Notes under the pieces: generated by a model
The model's database searches: none
What the model saw: only the letters and a program-made list of their open reading frames with translations
Told to the model about the DNA's origin: nothing
Shown here: positions 14,206 through 27,440 of the stretch, one piece after another
How positions within the stretch are numbered: position 1 is the first letter of the stretch
Layout: each line of letters begins with the position of its first letter
Assembly (NCBI RefSeq): GCF_009914755.1
Contig: NC_060927.1
DNA length: 64,000 nucleotides
Source of the DNA: the human T2T-CHM13v2.0 reference genome, Homo sapiens
Strand: one strand, 5' to 3'
Program-made: the position numbers and the translations under genes

Positions 14206-14949
14206 CACGAAGTGTTCATGCTTCATATTTTTCCTCAAATTCTTTCAAGAGCCATTTCTTCTCTAAATAGTTTTACACCAGGTTTGAGTTACAAAAGAAC
14301 CCTGAGAGTAATCAGATACAACAGATGCATCCTCATTTTGTCTTTCTGTATTTTCATACCTCCATCTCTGCAGAACATGGACATGTGGAATCATTTGGGT
14401 GGAATATTTAATGATGTATGGGTTTTTTTTTTCCAGCTTAAAACAACATCACAAGAGAACAGATGTTCCCATAATGCCTACAAGCACAACCTACTTCTGT
14501 GACAATGAGTTAGCCTGTGATTTTGCTCAAGTCAGGAACAGAAGCATAGGCAGGCATATGTTTTCTTAGGGAGGTAAAAACAGAGACCAGAGGCTTGACA
14601 AGCTGATAATATTTAGAGGAAACCTTTGGCCTTTCACTCTTAATGGGACACTAATTTTTCACTTCTTTTCATTGGATCCTGATGCAAGAGTTGGTAAGTA
14701 AGTAAATACTCTGAAAAAGGCAAACAAGTAGTCAAGCGTCAAATTTGGCACCGAGGAAGCGGCATTGCCTTTATAGAGTTGTGTGTCACTTATTAAATGA
14801 CGAATCCAGTGCTGTGTTTGCTACTGTGCTCATTTGACAAGGTTAAATTTGTTGAGGAGCATAACATATGACATCAGTGAATCCCTTGATTACCTCAACA
14901 GTAAATAGAGGGTAGATGGGTGGTGCAAGGTAAAAAGATATCCTGATTC

Positions 14950-15545
14950 TGGTACTGTATCCCAGACATTATATTATGTAATGAACAAAAATAGCATCCT
15001 TGTCTTCGTGGATTTTATATTTTGGATAGAGGAGAAGAAAAAATCTAATAATAAATATTATTAAATATTAAAATATTTTCAAAAATAATGGATACGTAAT
15101 AAGGATTTAATCTGTAATATGGTGGTATGCTAAGAAGAAAAGTAGAGTAGGGTAAAGGTTAGAGAGAAATGACAAGGGGTGCTTTAGAGAGAGTGGTCAG
15201 GAAAGGGCCTCTTATAAGGGGCATTTATGTAGAGACCCCATTGAAATGGGGAATAGGTCAAGCAGAGGTCACAGCAAGTGCAATGGCCCTGAGTTGGGAT
15301 AGTGCTTGGGTATTCGAGGAATACTAAGGAGATTAGTGTGACTGGAGCAGAGGGTATATAAAGGGGACTGGTAAGAGTTGAGGCCTGAAATTTTTCTGGG
15401 AAGCAGATCTTTTAGTCACCTTCTAGCCCAGTTATGTGCTTTGCATCTAATTCAGAACAAGATAGGAATCTATTGGAGGGTTTTTAGTGTGTTTTTTGCT
15501 TTTCTTTATGTAACCGTGACCCTCTCTGATCTCCCATACAGGGAA
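14950..15545 (-). mobile_element. L2 fragment
   Basis: GTAATGAACAAAAATAGCATCCTTGTCTTCGTGG...GGTCAGGAAAGGGCCTC...CAGCAAGTGCAATGGCCCTGAG...GACTGGAGCAGAG. Confidence 0.75.
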
Positions 15546-15714
15546 GAGACAAACTCAACAGTCAGTATTTCTATCTCTTGTTTATTCTTCTTCTAATTCA
15601 TTTACATCCCACCTGAATATTCTGTAACTTAAAGGTCCTTATATGATAAAAGAAACGAGGAGGGTGATACAATTAATATATTATTAATGAACAGACAATA
15701 AGGAGAAAATAATA

Positions 15715-18375
15715 TATAAATTTCTATTACAGTCCCCATTTGCATAACTGAACATGAGGATGTTGTTGATATTTATAACTCCCTCCTTCCGTTACCCATC
15801 ACATATTCCTCATTCCATCAGCCAGTCCTTCATCTGAACAGTTTTTAAATTGGTGGGTTAAATGAAACCTTCAGTTCAGAAAGGTCTGAAAGGCTTAAAT
15901 TGTCAGTGTCGATGATTTTGTTTTCTGGTAGCTTTCCAGTAAGTTATACTATTGGACATAAAAATATGAATAGGTATCTTGAACAATCTCCTGGGTGCCA
16001 GACATATTACTCCTTGCCACCATTGGATGACATCAACCTGATTCCCTCTTGGTAAATTACATTGAGTACCCAAGCAATATTTAATCACCTTTGCCTATTA
16101 CTTCAGTAGTACAAAGAGCCCCAAACGACCAAGTGGTGGTGTCAGCTTCCAGTCATGTGGAACTCTTGTTGTGTTACCTGGCCAAACCACTCTTCCCTTG
16201 GGAACTAAGATAGCTAAATTAGCAGAACCCAAATTTGGAGGAGAAGAAAACAATAATTTTATGAGCGGCAAGTTTGTTGTAATAGTGAGAGAAACTAGTC
16301 TTTCTTCTACCACAGTATTCTGGCAATGGGGGAGAAACAGCATTGCATATTGCTCTCTGTTTCAAATGCTATACTGGAAGCTGTAGGTTAATACTCAAAA
16401 GTTTTATGGTGTTGTTTCCAGTGAAGGCCACATCTGAGTCTTCAATAGGCCATTCTGCTGACCTATCAGGTCAGCTCCTCTGGATGATGGTGTATGTAGT
16501 AAAGCCAGTAAATTCTTTGTGCATGAGTCCATTTGCTCAGATTTTTGCTATAAAATTTAGTTGCTTCATTAGAAGAAATGTGTTGTGAGATGATAATGCT
16601 GTCAGAAGCATTGCAAATAAAAATACAAATCAGTAGCTAGAATAAGTGTGTACACCTATGAGAACAAATCACTACTCCCATTGTGATAGAAGGGTCCAAG
16701 TGTAATTCACTTGCTACTTATTAGGTGGCTATTTGGTCTCCTTGGGATTGATATCACGTAGGAAGTTCTGCCTTTCTTTCTGATGCTTGCAATTACTCAA
16801 GAATGGTGAGAGTCATATCAGCTTTGGTGGGGGATGTCCATACTTTGAACACATGGGTACCCTCTATCATTTCAGCTTGGGTTATGTTTTCAATTAACAC
16901 ATTTAGCAAGCACTAGAATGACTAGAGAAAGAGGCTGATATCCACTGTGTATCTTTTGACCACCTGATTATTGAGAGCCTTTTCTGTAGTGGATGTCACT
17001 TATGTTATAACTCATATAGGACAAAAATATCTTTACATGTATCTATTCGGGGAGATCTATCACATAACTTCTCCAAAAACTTTCTTGCCACCAGTCTTCC
17101 AAGTTTGTTTCTTTTCAAGTCCCTGACCATTCAACCACATTATTAGCCACTGCCTATTAATCAGTATAGATCCTTTCCTTTGGCCATCTTTGAATCTAGA
17201 GAAAGGAGCACAGAATATACTGTTCAAATTCTCTCCAGCAGGATGTTCTCCACTCACTTTTGTCTTTAAGAACTAGCCAGATTGAGGCAGTGATACTGAA
17301 GCAATCTATGTCCAGTTGCTTTCAGGATATCATGCTGTAAACCAAGCCCAAGTTTTTAACCTTGGCCAAACTTTTCATAGGAACTTCCCATGAAGCCTTA
17401 AGTAGAGAGTGAGAGAGAGGAGACAAAGTAGCAGGAGTAGGTGCTAGAGGAATCACTTACTCACAAAACCTACTTCTTCCTTCAGGACCTGCTCCAAATC
17501 CATCTCTAATATCTCATTTGCACTTAGTGGATCACAGGTGCATATGCCCAAACTTCTGGTTTGATAGGCTAAATGAAACGTAGGCAGCTCAAGACGCATG
17601 GTCACTTGGTGTACCACGGTCAAGTGTACAGTATCCATGAGATCCCGGTAGTAATCTAGGAGCTGTTTCTCAAAAAGAGAATACTCTGTAAATAGGATAA
17701 GCCTTTGTCCTAAACCTGAAAAGTATACACTGTGGCTGTTCTATTAATGGATAATAGCAGGTTATGAAACACCCATATGTGCCACAAATCCTGTGAACCC
17801 ATGGGATCTGATGGGTCATAAGGCCCAAATGATACAGCAGCTTTCATTGCACTCTGAATCTATAGCAGAATCTTCTCTTTCTCTAGGCCCCACCCAAAAT
17901 TAGAAGCCTTAAAATTACCCTTTACATTATTTGGAACAGCATACTCAAATGTGCTATATTTTGCCTTCAAAACCCAAAGATACCAAATTAGCATTCTGCC
18001 TCTTTCCTAATTCCAGGTAGTGCAAGTTGCTACAATTTGTCTTTCACTATGGAAGAAGCAGTTCAACTTGCTCCAGACCATTGGAGTCTTAGAAACTTCA
18101 CAGATAGTGGGCCTCAGAATTTTTGTGGTTTTTGACTATCCTCTGGCATTTATGTGTCCAAGTAAGGCACCTAAGGTTTATTGTTTTTCATGTTCACCAG
18201 GTCTAAACAGCACTATGCCATCAGTGTGGTACACCAATGTGGTGATCTACAGAACGTCCAGAAGAACAAGGTCCCTGTGGACTAGATTATGGGGTTACAG
18301 CAGAGAGAAGGACAGATGACATATCCCTGAGAAAGACAGCAAAGGCATCCTCTTGTTCATGCCAATTGAAAACTA
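15715..18375 (-). mobile_element. Decayed ERV-L class internal region (partial RT, RNase H/integrase and dUTPase remnants)
   Basis: Minus ORF 16098-16343 ends ...LGSANLAILVPKGRVVWPGNTTRVPHDWKLTPPLGRLGL, resembling the ERV-L dUTPase N-terminus; 18200-18370 resembles the RT segment around LPQG-Y/YIDD, broken by frameshifts and stops. Confidence 0.75.
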
Positions 18376-18384
18376 AAAACCAGT

Positions 18385-19000
18385 ATAGAAGTTAATCAGT
18401 ATAACAAAATTATTTGAAATCATGAGACTGGATAAATTCACCTAGAAAGGGAATGTAGAAAATGAGAAGATATCTGATGAATAAATCTAGAGCAACTCTA
18501 ATGTTTAGAAGTCAGATAAATAGGACTAGGCCAATCAGAGTGACTGAGAAACATCCAGAGAACTACTAAGAAAATAAGAAGAGTGTGGTATCTCAGAAGC
18601 CAGGCAAAGAAGCTGTTTTAAGGAGAAGGTATTGGTAGACATTCATGTTTTGCTGAAAGCCTGAGTAAAATAAGCATTGAGAATTGAATGTAGATTTGAG
18701 CAATGTGGGAGTCGTTAACAACTTGAGGATAGTTTCAATGGAGTATGAAGCAGGGGGCCAAAAATCAGATTGGAGTGAATTCAAGAGAGAATGGAAGAAA
18801 ACAAGTGACTAGAGCAAATATAGAAAGGTCTTTCAATGTGTAATTGTAAAGATAATGAAAGAAATTAGTGTAAACTGGAGGGAGTTAATATAGCATGCTT
18901 GTGTGCTAATGGAAATGATGTAAGAGAAATAGAAAAAAATGTTTCAAAAAAGGAGAGAAAATTACATAAATGGAGACAGTGAGTAAACAAGAATCAGAAG
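18385..19000 (-). mobile_element. L2 fragment
   Basis: CATGAGACTGGATAAATTCACCTAG...GTGACTGAGAA...AGAAGCCAGGCAAAGAAG...CAGATTGGAGTGAATTCAAGAGAGAATGG. Confidence 0.75.
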
Positions 19001-19165
19001 AGGATTCTACACTTAGGATCTAAAGATGCTCATAAGAGTTTGATGAATCCATGATGATCTTCAATTAGAATATAAAAGTGGGGAAGGAGGGCAATAATTT
19101 GAACTTAACCTACGTGGTTATTTTATGAAAAGTTGGATCAGAATAGTTCTCCCTTTCCCCAGCCT

Positions 19166-19170
<5 letters not shown>

Positions 19171-19216
<46 letters not shown>
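19171..19216. repeat. (CA)23 microsatellite
   Basis: Uninterrupted CA run. Confidence 0.97.
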
Positions 19217-19219
<3 letters not shown>

Positions 19220-19620
19220 CTCTATGCAGACACAAATACATTAGCACTGAAGCATGGAAAACTTGAAGGCCAGGTGGAGGTGCTCATAAATATTCATCAG
19301 AATATCATATTGGTGTTTCCTGGTATTCTGTCCTCAAATATCATTGCAATGTTTCAGAACCAAGTATTTTTGCTGTTAGATTACAAATTATCTGAGGACG
19401 CAGAGAAATCTCTATGCAGTTTTAAAATTACAAGGTACATTCCATGATTTAGCAAAACAAATACAAAATCGTTTAAAAACACAGATGCTATTGATGGCTT
19501 GTACAAACAGCTGCCATAATATTATTGAACCATGAAAAAGAACATTTTGCTTTTCTATATTATAGAGTTGAAAATTTTTTGACCTAGAGTCATTGATGTA
19601 GTTTGCCTATTTTGTCCATA

Positions 19621-19845
19621 TAAGGAGTCAGCAAACTTTTTTTTTTATAAAGGTCTAAATAATAAATATTTTAGACTTGTGGGTCATATAGTCTCTGCCA
19701 CAACCACTCCATTTTGCAATTGTAGTGCAAAAAACATGGACAATACGTAAATAGATAGGTGTGTATTCCAATAAAACTTTATTTGCAAAAACAGGTGGCA
19801 GGCCAGATTTGGTCTGCAGGGTATATAGTTGTTTGCTAATCATTG
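19621..19845. mobile_element. MER58A hAT-Charlie DNA transposon fossil
   Basis: GTCAGCAAACTTTTT...AAATATTTTAGACTTGTGGGTCATATAGTCTCTG...TTCCAATAAAACTTTATTTGCAAAAACAGG...TTTGCTAATCATTG; about 225 bp. Confidence 0.85.
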
Positions 19846-19983
19846 TTTAACATAAAATTGGAAAACGAAAACATTCATTAGTAGTTCTTAAATTATAAGT
19901 AGTTATTTCCAATATGCAACAAAAAACAATATAGCTTGTTAAAATGTTTTGTCATGTTGTATTTAACCACCCAAAGAACCCTA

Positions 19984-20403
<420 letters not shown>

Positions 20404-21172
20404 TTACTCCCAGATTAACTGAGGGCCATGGCATTTAGCTAAGACAAAATGTTTCATGCTGTATATACATTATTTAAATTTTTTAATATAAATAAATACA
20501 TTAATTTCTACAATGCTTAGCTTGCTTTAACCTGGTCAAAATTAAGTATTTTCATATTATAAAATTACATTCTGTAAAACACTTCATTACTATTACTATT
20601 CATGCATTTTAGTGCTTTGAGAAGTAACTCTTGCCATTGCCTTAACAGTATTCTAAGGTCTAACCAATTAATATCAGTTCATCTTGACAAGAAGAACTTT
20701 ACTAATTCCATAATGTCCCCCTTATCTATTTATGAATTATAATATAAATGTTTGGTTTTAGTTGATATTAGTTGTTCTTTTCATGCATCATTCATTCCTC
20801 TTTTCCTTTTTTGGACACTCATTCTTCTTCTATTTCAATATGTGATTTGGGGTAGAATTAATCCCAGTTTTTGTTCTCAAGGTGGTCATATCATCCAGGT
20901 CTGGCCAATAGAGCACTATACATAGGCACATCATGAAACCAAATCAATCAATTTCAATCAGAAGCGTTTTTAGGATTTTCCTTTGACCACCTGGCAAGGA
21001 GGCATTTCATTTTCCTTGTGGACAATTATGAAGTAGAATATTGTCCTGGAGACTTTGGGAGACATTTTGCCTCTTTGAGAGTTACGCTTGCCTGAGCATG
21101 GAGATGCTTCTGAAGGAAGCAGAGCTGAAAGATAGTAAGAGACCAGACCAAGATGACTGATTCAGCCTCTTC

Positions 21173-21596
21173 CTTTTTTTTTTTTTCTTCGGGGATTTAT
21201 TAATATGAGGAGAGTTTTATTGCAGTATCATGCAGTGGATAAATTAAAATGAAATCTTTCTGCCTTTAAAGTCCCCCTCACTTCCTCCCATTTCCTACTT
21301 TCAGCCACTCACAGCGCTGCTCAGCTCAGCTCTGCCCCTTCCCCTGGATGCAGTGCGACTTGCGCCCTGCCCCTTTCTCATTCTACCCTTTACTTCTATT
21401 CCAATCAGCATTTTACACAGCCCTGGACACAGCCTAGGGGCTCCATCCAAGGGGCACAGGAAGCAGTCAGGGAAGAAGAACGCCATCTTCCCTCTACACC
21501 TGTCCCTGTTGTGGCAGTCCTTCCGCGGAAGCTCCCTCCATGCCCAGAACCTCAAGGCTCCTGGAAGCTGGCACAGAGGTCCCCTCAGATGAAGCA
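21173..21596 (-). other. L1 3'-transduced non-L1 sequence with its own polyadenylation signal and poly(A) tail
   Basis: T13 at 21174-21186; TTTATT (AATAAA on minus) at 21196-21201 and 21216-21221; lies inside the TSD TTCAGCCTCTTC (21161-21172 / 22062-22073). Confidence 0.8.
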
Positions 21597-22061
21597 TTTT
21601 TATTTCTTTTTTTTTTTACTTTAAGTTCTGGGTTACATGTGCAGAACCTGCAGGTTTGTTTCATAGGTATACACGTGCCATGATGGTTTGCTGCACCCAT
21701 CAACCCGTCATCTAGGTTTTAAGCCCCGCATGCATTAGGTATTTGTCCTAATGCTCTCCCTCCCCTTTCCCCCAACACCCGACAGGCACCAGTGTGTGAT
21801 GTTCCCCTCCCTGTGTCCATGTGTTCTCATTGTTCAACTCCCACTTATGAGTGAGAACGTGCGGTGTTCGGTTTTCTGTTCTTGTGTTAGTTTGTTGAGA
21901 ATGATGGTTTCCAACTTCATACATGTCCCTGCAAAGGACATGAACTCATTCTTTTTATGGCTGCATAGTATTCCATGGTGTATATGTACCACATTTTCTT
22001 TATCCAGTCAATCATTGATGGACATTTCGGTTGGTTCCAAGTCTTTGCTATTGTAAATAGT
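21597..22061 (-). mobile_element. 5'-truncated L1PA (L1PA8-like) 3' end: ORF2 C-terminus plus 3' UTR
   Basis: ACTTTAAGTTCTGGG 3' end; TCTAGGTTTTAAGCCCCGCATGCATTAGG segment; minus translation LFTIAKTWNQPKCPSMIDWIKKMWYIYTMEYYAAIK matches L1 ORF2p C-terminus. Confidence 0.93.
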
Positions 22062-22689
22062 TTCAGCCTCTTCTTAAAGCAGCAATCATAGGAGCTAATA
22101 GATTCCCCTTTTGCCAAACAAGTTTCAATCAGATGGCTTCTTACTAGCAATCTGTTCACTACTGTATCTGTTGGTCATTGTGATGAGCATCTCCCATAAT
22201 ATATTGATTTAATGTCACAGTAAATCTCTGAGGTAGACTTTTTAATTACTATTTTACAAATGAAGAAACCAAGGCTTAATATTATCATAGAACCTCAGTC
22301 TCTTCATTTATAAAATGAGTTGCTCAGTAACATCCAGGATTCAAATTTAGGTCTTTCTGCCTTCAAAACTCCTAGCCTTTATGCTTCCCCCTCTCCCCCA
22401 AAATGGAAGGGGACATGTTAGCAACAACAAAGGTCCTTGTTTTTCCTTCCATCTTGTTCAGCCTCTGTCACTTACTGCTTTGCCGCTAGAAATGCATCTA
22501 TTTTCTAGTGGGGGAACATGTCAGAAATATAAGGAAGTCAACAAGGGTTAAAGCAAATATAATCAATGGGATTGGATACTCCATAAGTTACTATACAAAA
22601 TATATCTACATCTGTTTTATAGGTAACTCCATTAATGTGTCATTTTCTCATATGAAGAACTGCATTATTCTAATTTCTCATAATGCAAC

Positions 22690-22945
22690 ATAGCCTGGTA
22701 GATGAGAGCACATTTTCCTGAGTCGGCCTTCTTGGACTTAAATCTCAGCTCTGTTATTCACTACTCACGTGACATTGAAAAATTACATACCACCCTGTGT
22801 CGCAGTTTATTCATTTGATAATGGGAGATAGCATTAGTATCTGCCTCATAGAGTTTTGCAAATAAATATGTTTACATTTGCAAAATGGTTAGAACTGGAT
22901 CTGGCGTTAAATAGTCCCCTCAGCCATTGTTGGTGATTATCACTA
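22690..22945 (+). mobile_element. MIR SINE
   Basis: AAATCTCAGCTCTG...CTGTGTCGCAGTTTATTCATTTGATAATGGGAGATA...TCTGCCTCATAGAGTT...TTAGAAC. Confidence 0.75.
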
Positions 22946-24439
22946 CAATTATTGATACCTTTTGTATTGTCTGACACATTCTCTCAGAAATTTTTGGCCT
23001 GGGTTTTTGTTTCATTTTGTAGTACTAGAACTGGTTATAGTTTACCCTAGAACTACGACCATCTTTACCTAAGCCTTCTCATGCTTTAGTATGTGTGGCA
23101 CAGGTTAGCATCAAAATCTTCCTATACAGAGCAAATGGATCCAGGCTGGCTGGCTTTCCCTCTCATTTCTCCTTCTCTCTCTTCTTCCCTCTTCTGTAGA
23201 GGCTGATAGAGTGAGAGTTGGGGATGGTATTTGTCAGAATCAGCTAGATATTACTATAGAAACAAAATATTCCTGACATTTTAGTGGTTTAATTTTAAGA
23301 AGATTTATTTATTGCTCTGCTCTCCTACTTTCCTGGAGAACTCTACTCCAAATAGTATCTCAGGCAATTAGACCATTAGAAATTCTACCATCTCATCATG
23401 TGGCATCAGTGTTCAGAGGAGCCACGGAGAAAACACTGGTGATTTATTTTCTTCTTTTAATTTTTCTGTATTTTCAAGATTAAACTTTTTTAAATGTTTA
23501 GAAATGAAAAAAAGTCTTATTTTAAAAATAAATTGGCCTCAATTACAGTAAACTGACTCAAACCAAAGAAAACCCCAAACAGGAAACCTCATAATATCTA
23601 AAGGAGAAAGGGAATTATTTAATGATATTTTAATTTAGAAGAAATGTTTTTCTTCTTTACAATAACTATAATGACTATAGTCCTTTTGTTTCATCATTGA
23701 GCACAAAATTCAAGAAATTTAGTAATAATTTAAAAATCATACAGTACTATAATATTGCAGCTAAAATCTTGAGTTTATTGCAAATTTAAATAAAATGTAG
23801 TGGTGATAAAAATTTTCCCAACACAAATAATATATGAATAGATGAAATAATTTTAGTGTGTGCTACCGGTAATATTCAAGTTTAGTAACTCATAAATGCT
23901 TGTGAATTTAGGAAATTTTTGAAAGTTGTTATTTTACTCCTCTAAAGCAGTAATAATGCTGGTAAATAATGAGGTATTTAGTGTTATTTTATTTTTAAGA
24001 ATGCGATGTGGCCATTAGAAATTATTTTTAATTCAGAAACAATCCCTTCCCTCATTGTTTTCATTAAGTACTTCCCAGCTTGTAGAAGAATATACTGTCC
24101 TTTTTCTTACACTCAAATAGCTACCATTAATTTTAGTAAGAGTTTCTAGTCTAAGAATGGAAGATGAATTAGAAAACAGCTATGAAGAATGAATAAACTC
24201 TCAATCTTTTCCCCAGAAGAATATTAATTGCACTTCTTAACAGATCTTTTATTAATTTTGTATCATTCTAAGAATGCCAAAGAAATAAGGTTGTTGAATT
24301 TCTCCTTTCTGTCTCTTTAATAATGATGGAGATGTAACTATTGACTAATATTTTTTACTTCAAGTTCAGATGTTGAGGATATTTTCCCTTTCTTTCCTTC
24401 TTTAATTTTCAATGTTTTATCGCTATTCGTATCTTTAGT

Positions 24440-25380
24440 TAATCCAATATATCTTGGTCAAAATGAGAAAAAATGGCAGTTCTCAATTCTCCCTTTGCTT
24501 TCTGCTTCTAGGGGCAACTACTTGGAAATGATCCAGTAATTTCCTGGAGAATTCTCTGTGTCATTCTCAGTGATATACCTTCCCTTCTATGTCTTAATAT
24601 TTCAATTTTGATATTATCTACTGGTTTTTTCTGTTATAGAAGTTTAAGCTTTAACTCTCACACATTCATAGACATACTTCTCTATCTTCTTTAAACATAG
24701 CTATATCTTAATGTTTTGTTAGATGATGATTTAGGGTTCATAAAACATAAAGCTTAACAAACAGCTGTGCCATGTCTTATACTAGTGTTATACATTCTTT
24801 TTTGTAGTTTCTTATATACCCTGAAATTAATAATCTCACTTTTGTTGTTGTTTGCTTAGTTTTCCCATTCTAATCTGGACAGTTGCTCACCTAACCTGCT
24901 GCAGAGCTGATGTCCTGGGATCTCCTTCTACAGTTCTGGAGATTTTCTTCTTCCTTCTTTCCTTCATTGAATCCTCTATCTTCTGGCACTGATGTCTTCC
25001 TTTCCCTTTGCTTACTCCTTTGTTTTGGGGGCCTCTATCTTCCAATAGCTTCCCAAAAAGGGTTATGTGAGAGGTTAATTTTGCTTTATTCTTCATTCAT
25101 ATTTGATTGATAGTTTGGATATAGAATTCTAAGTTATAAATCATTTTTCTTCTTAGAATGTGGAATGCAGTTCTGCATTGTCTCCCAGTTTTGAATGTTG
25201 ATGTTCAGAAATCAGATGACATTTAATTCCCAATGCTGTGTATGTGATCTGAAATCCACAATGATGTGGATTGGTATGAGTAATTTTCATCCATTTTTCT
25301 AAGAAGTCAGTACTTTCTTAATTGGGAAAATCATGTTGTCATTCTGGGAATACTTTTGCATATATTTTGATAAATTTATT
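24440..25380 (-). mobile_element. Old L1M fragments
   Basis: GATATAGAATTCTAAGTTATAAATCATTTT...CATTGTCTCCCAG...GAAATCAGATG, typical of antisense L1M. Confidence 0.55.
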
Positions 25381-25584
25381 GCAGATAGAGCCTTGTAGGC
25401 CTTGATAAAAAGGTGGATTTTACTTTGGTTGCAGGAGGAAGCTATTGGAAAAGTTATAGAGGGTGATGTGATACAGCAAATACATAAATCAAACTATGAT
25501 ACTATTAATGTTTTACATCATGCTTGAGTATTTTTCTACTCATCATGAGAAATCCATATGGCAACAATTAAAATTCAATGTTTA

Positions 25585-26423
<839 letters not shown>

Positions 26424-26569
26424 TAATTTTTTAAATGCTGTCTAACTTATTAGAATTAATATCTTGGGTTCTAGAATCAAACTGGCATGAGTTTAAATCT
26501 CAGCTCTGCCACTGCTGTCTTTGTAAAATGAGCAGGTTTTTTCTACCTCTCAGTGCCCAGCTAGAGCTG

Positions 26570-27440
26570 TTTCCATACAGATGGGCTTTTAATCAAATAT
26601 CAAGTAGATTGAGGGTATAAATAAATATTAAATGTGGAATACCCTGTTTCAAAAAAATGTGTCTATGAAATGAAAGAAGGAATGTAAAGAACTTAGGGTG
26701 ATAGGTGAAGGGATAGTTGAAAGTAGGAGAGGCTTGAGCATGTTTAAATTCTGATGAACGTGATCATCAGTTGAGAAGAACTGGTTGGATATATGAAAGA
26801 TGAGAAACATAAAAGTTACTAAGAAGCAAGAAGATAAAAGGAACTGAAGAAGAAATAAAAAGGCTTATTTGGCTGGGATGGTAGAAAGGGCACCCCTCTG
26901 CAGTAACTTAAGGGATCATGAAGGTCAAAGAAATGGGAGCTGTAGCTCCCATTCAGTGAATGAGTAGTTTTTATACAAGGGAGCTGAGAGCATCTCCATC
27001 CAGCTGCTTCTACTTTTTTCACTAAAGTAGAAGGCAGGATCTTCTGAGATTAAGGAGGCAAGATAGAGTGGAAGGGTTAGAAATTAGATCTTTGAAAAAA
27101 GTAGAAAAGGTTGATGTTGTTGCAGACAATGTGAAAGTGAGTTGGCCAAGGAAATGTACCATGATTGCCAGCCCGTGCTATGTTTCCATTTGAGATTAGT
27201 GATCATAAATTTACAGCGGAAACCCAGCTGTCCTTCTGAGGGACTTCAGCCAAGCTCAGTTACTTGTAGAATCTCTATGATTTGTTTGAGTTTCCAGATG
27301 AGCAGTAAGAGAGGTTATGGCTCTCCAAGTGCATTTTTAAAATAACAAACCACAGGATGTAAGCTAAATAAAAAATTAGCTGAAGAAAGCAATAGATTGA
27401 AAGAAAGTAGAAGGTAAATTAGGGGCAGAGCAGTCTAACA
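26570..27440 (-). mobile_element. L2 internal fragment
   Basis: Purine-rich; TTGAGCATGTTTAAATTCTGATG, TGCTTCTACTTTTTTCACTAAAGTAGAAGGCAGGATC. Confidence 0.55.

Larger units (their letters stand above)
20840..22155 (+). mobile_element. MLT1 (J/K-like) LTR split into 20840-21172 and 22062-22155 by the L1 insertion
   Basis: CCAGGTCTGGCCAATAGAGCA...GAAGCAGAGCTGAAAGAT on the left; GAGCTAATAGATTCCCCTTTTGCC...CTTACTAGCAA (MLT1 3' end) on the right. Confidence 0.6.

Noticed and set aside
21301-21597. 98-aa and 79-aa ORFs in the GC-richer segment as a retrogene
   Set aside because: No recognisable protein; explained by higher GC in the L1-transduced flank
21917-22159. ORF with L1 ORF2p C-terminal peptide
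   Set aside because: Short remnant of a truncated L1; not a functional CDS
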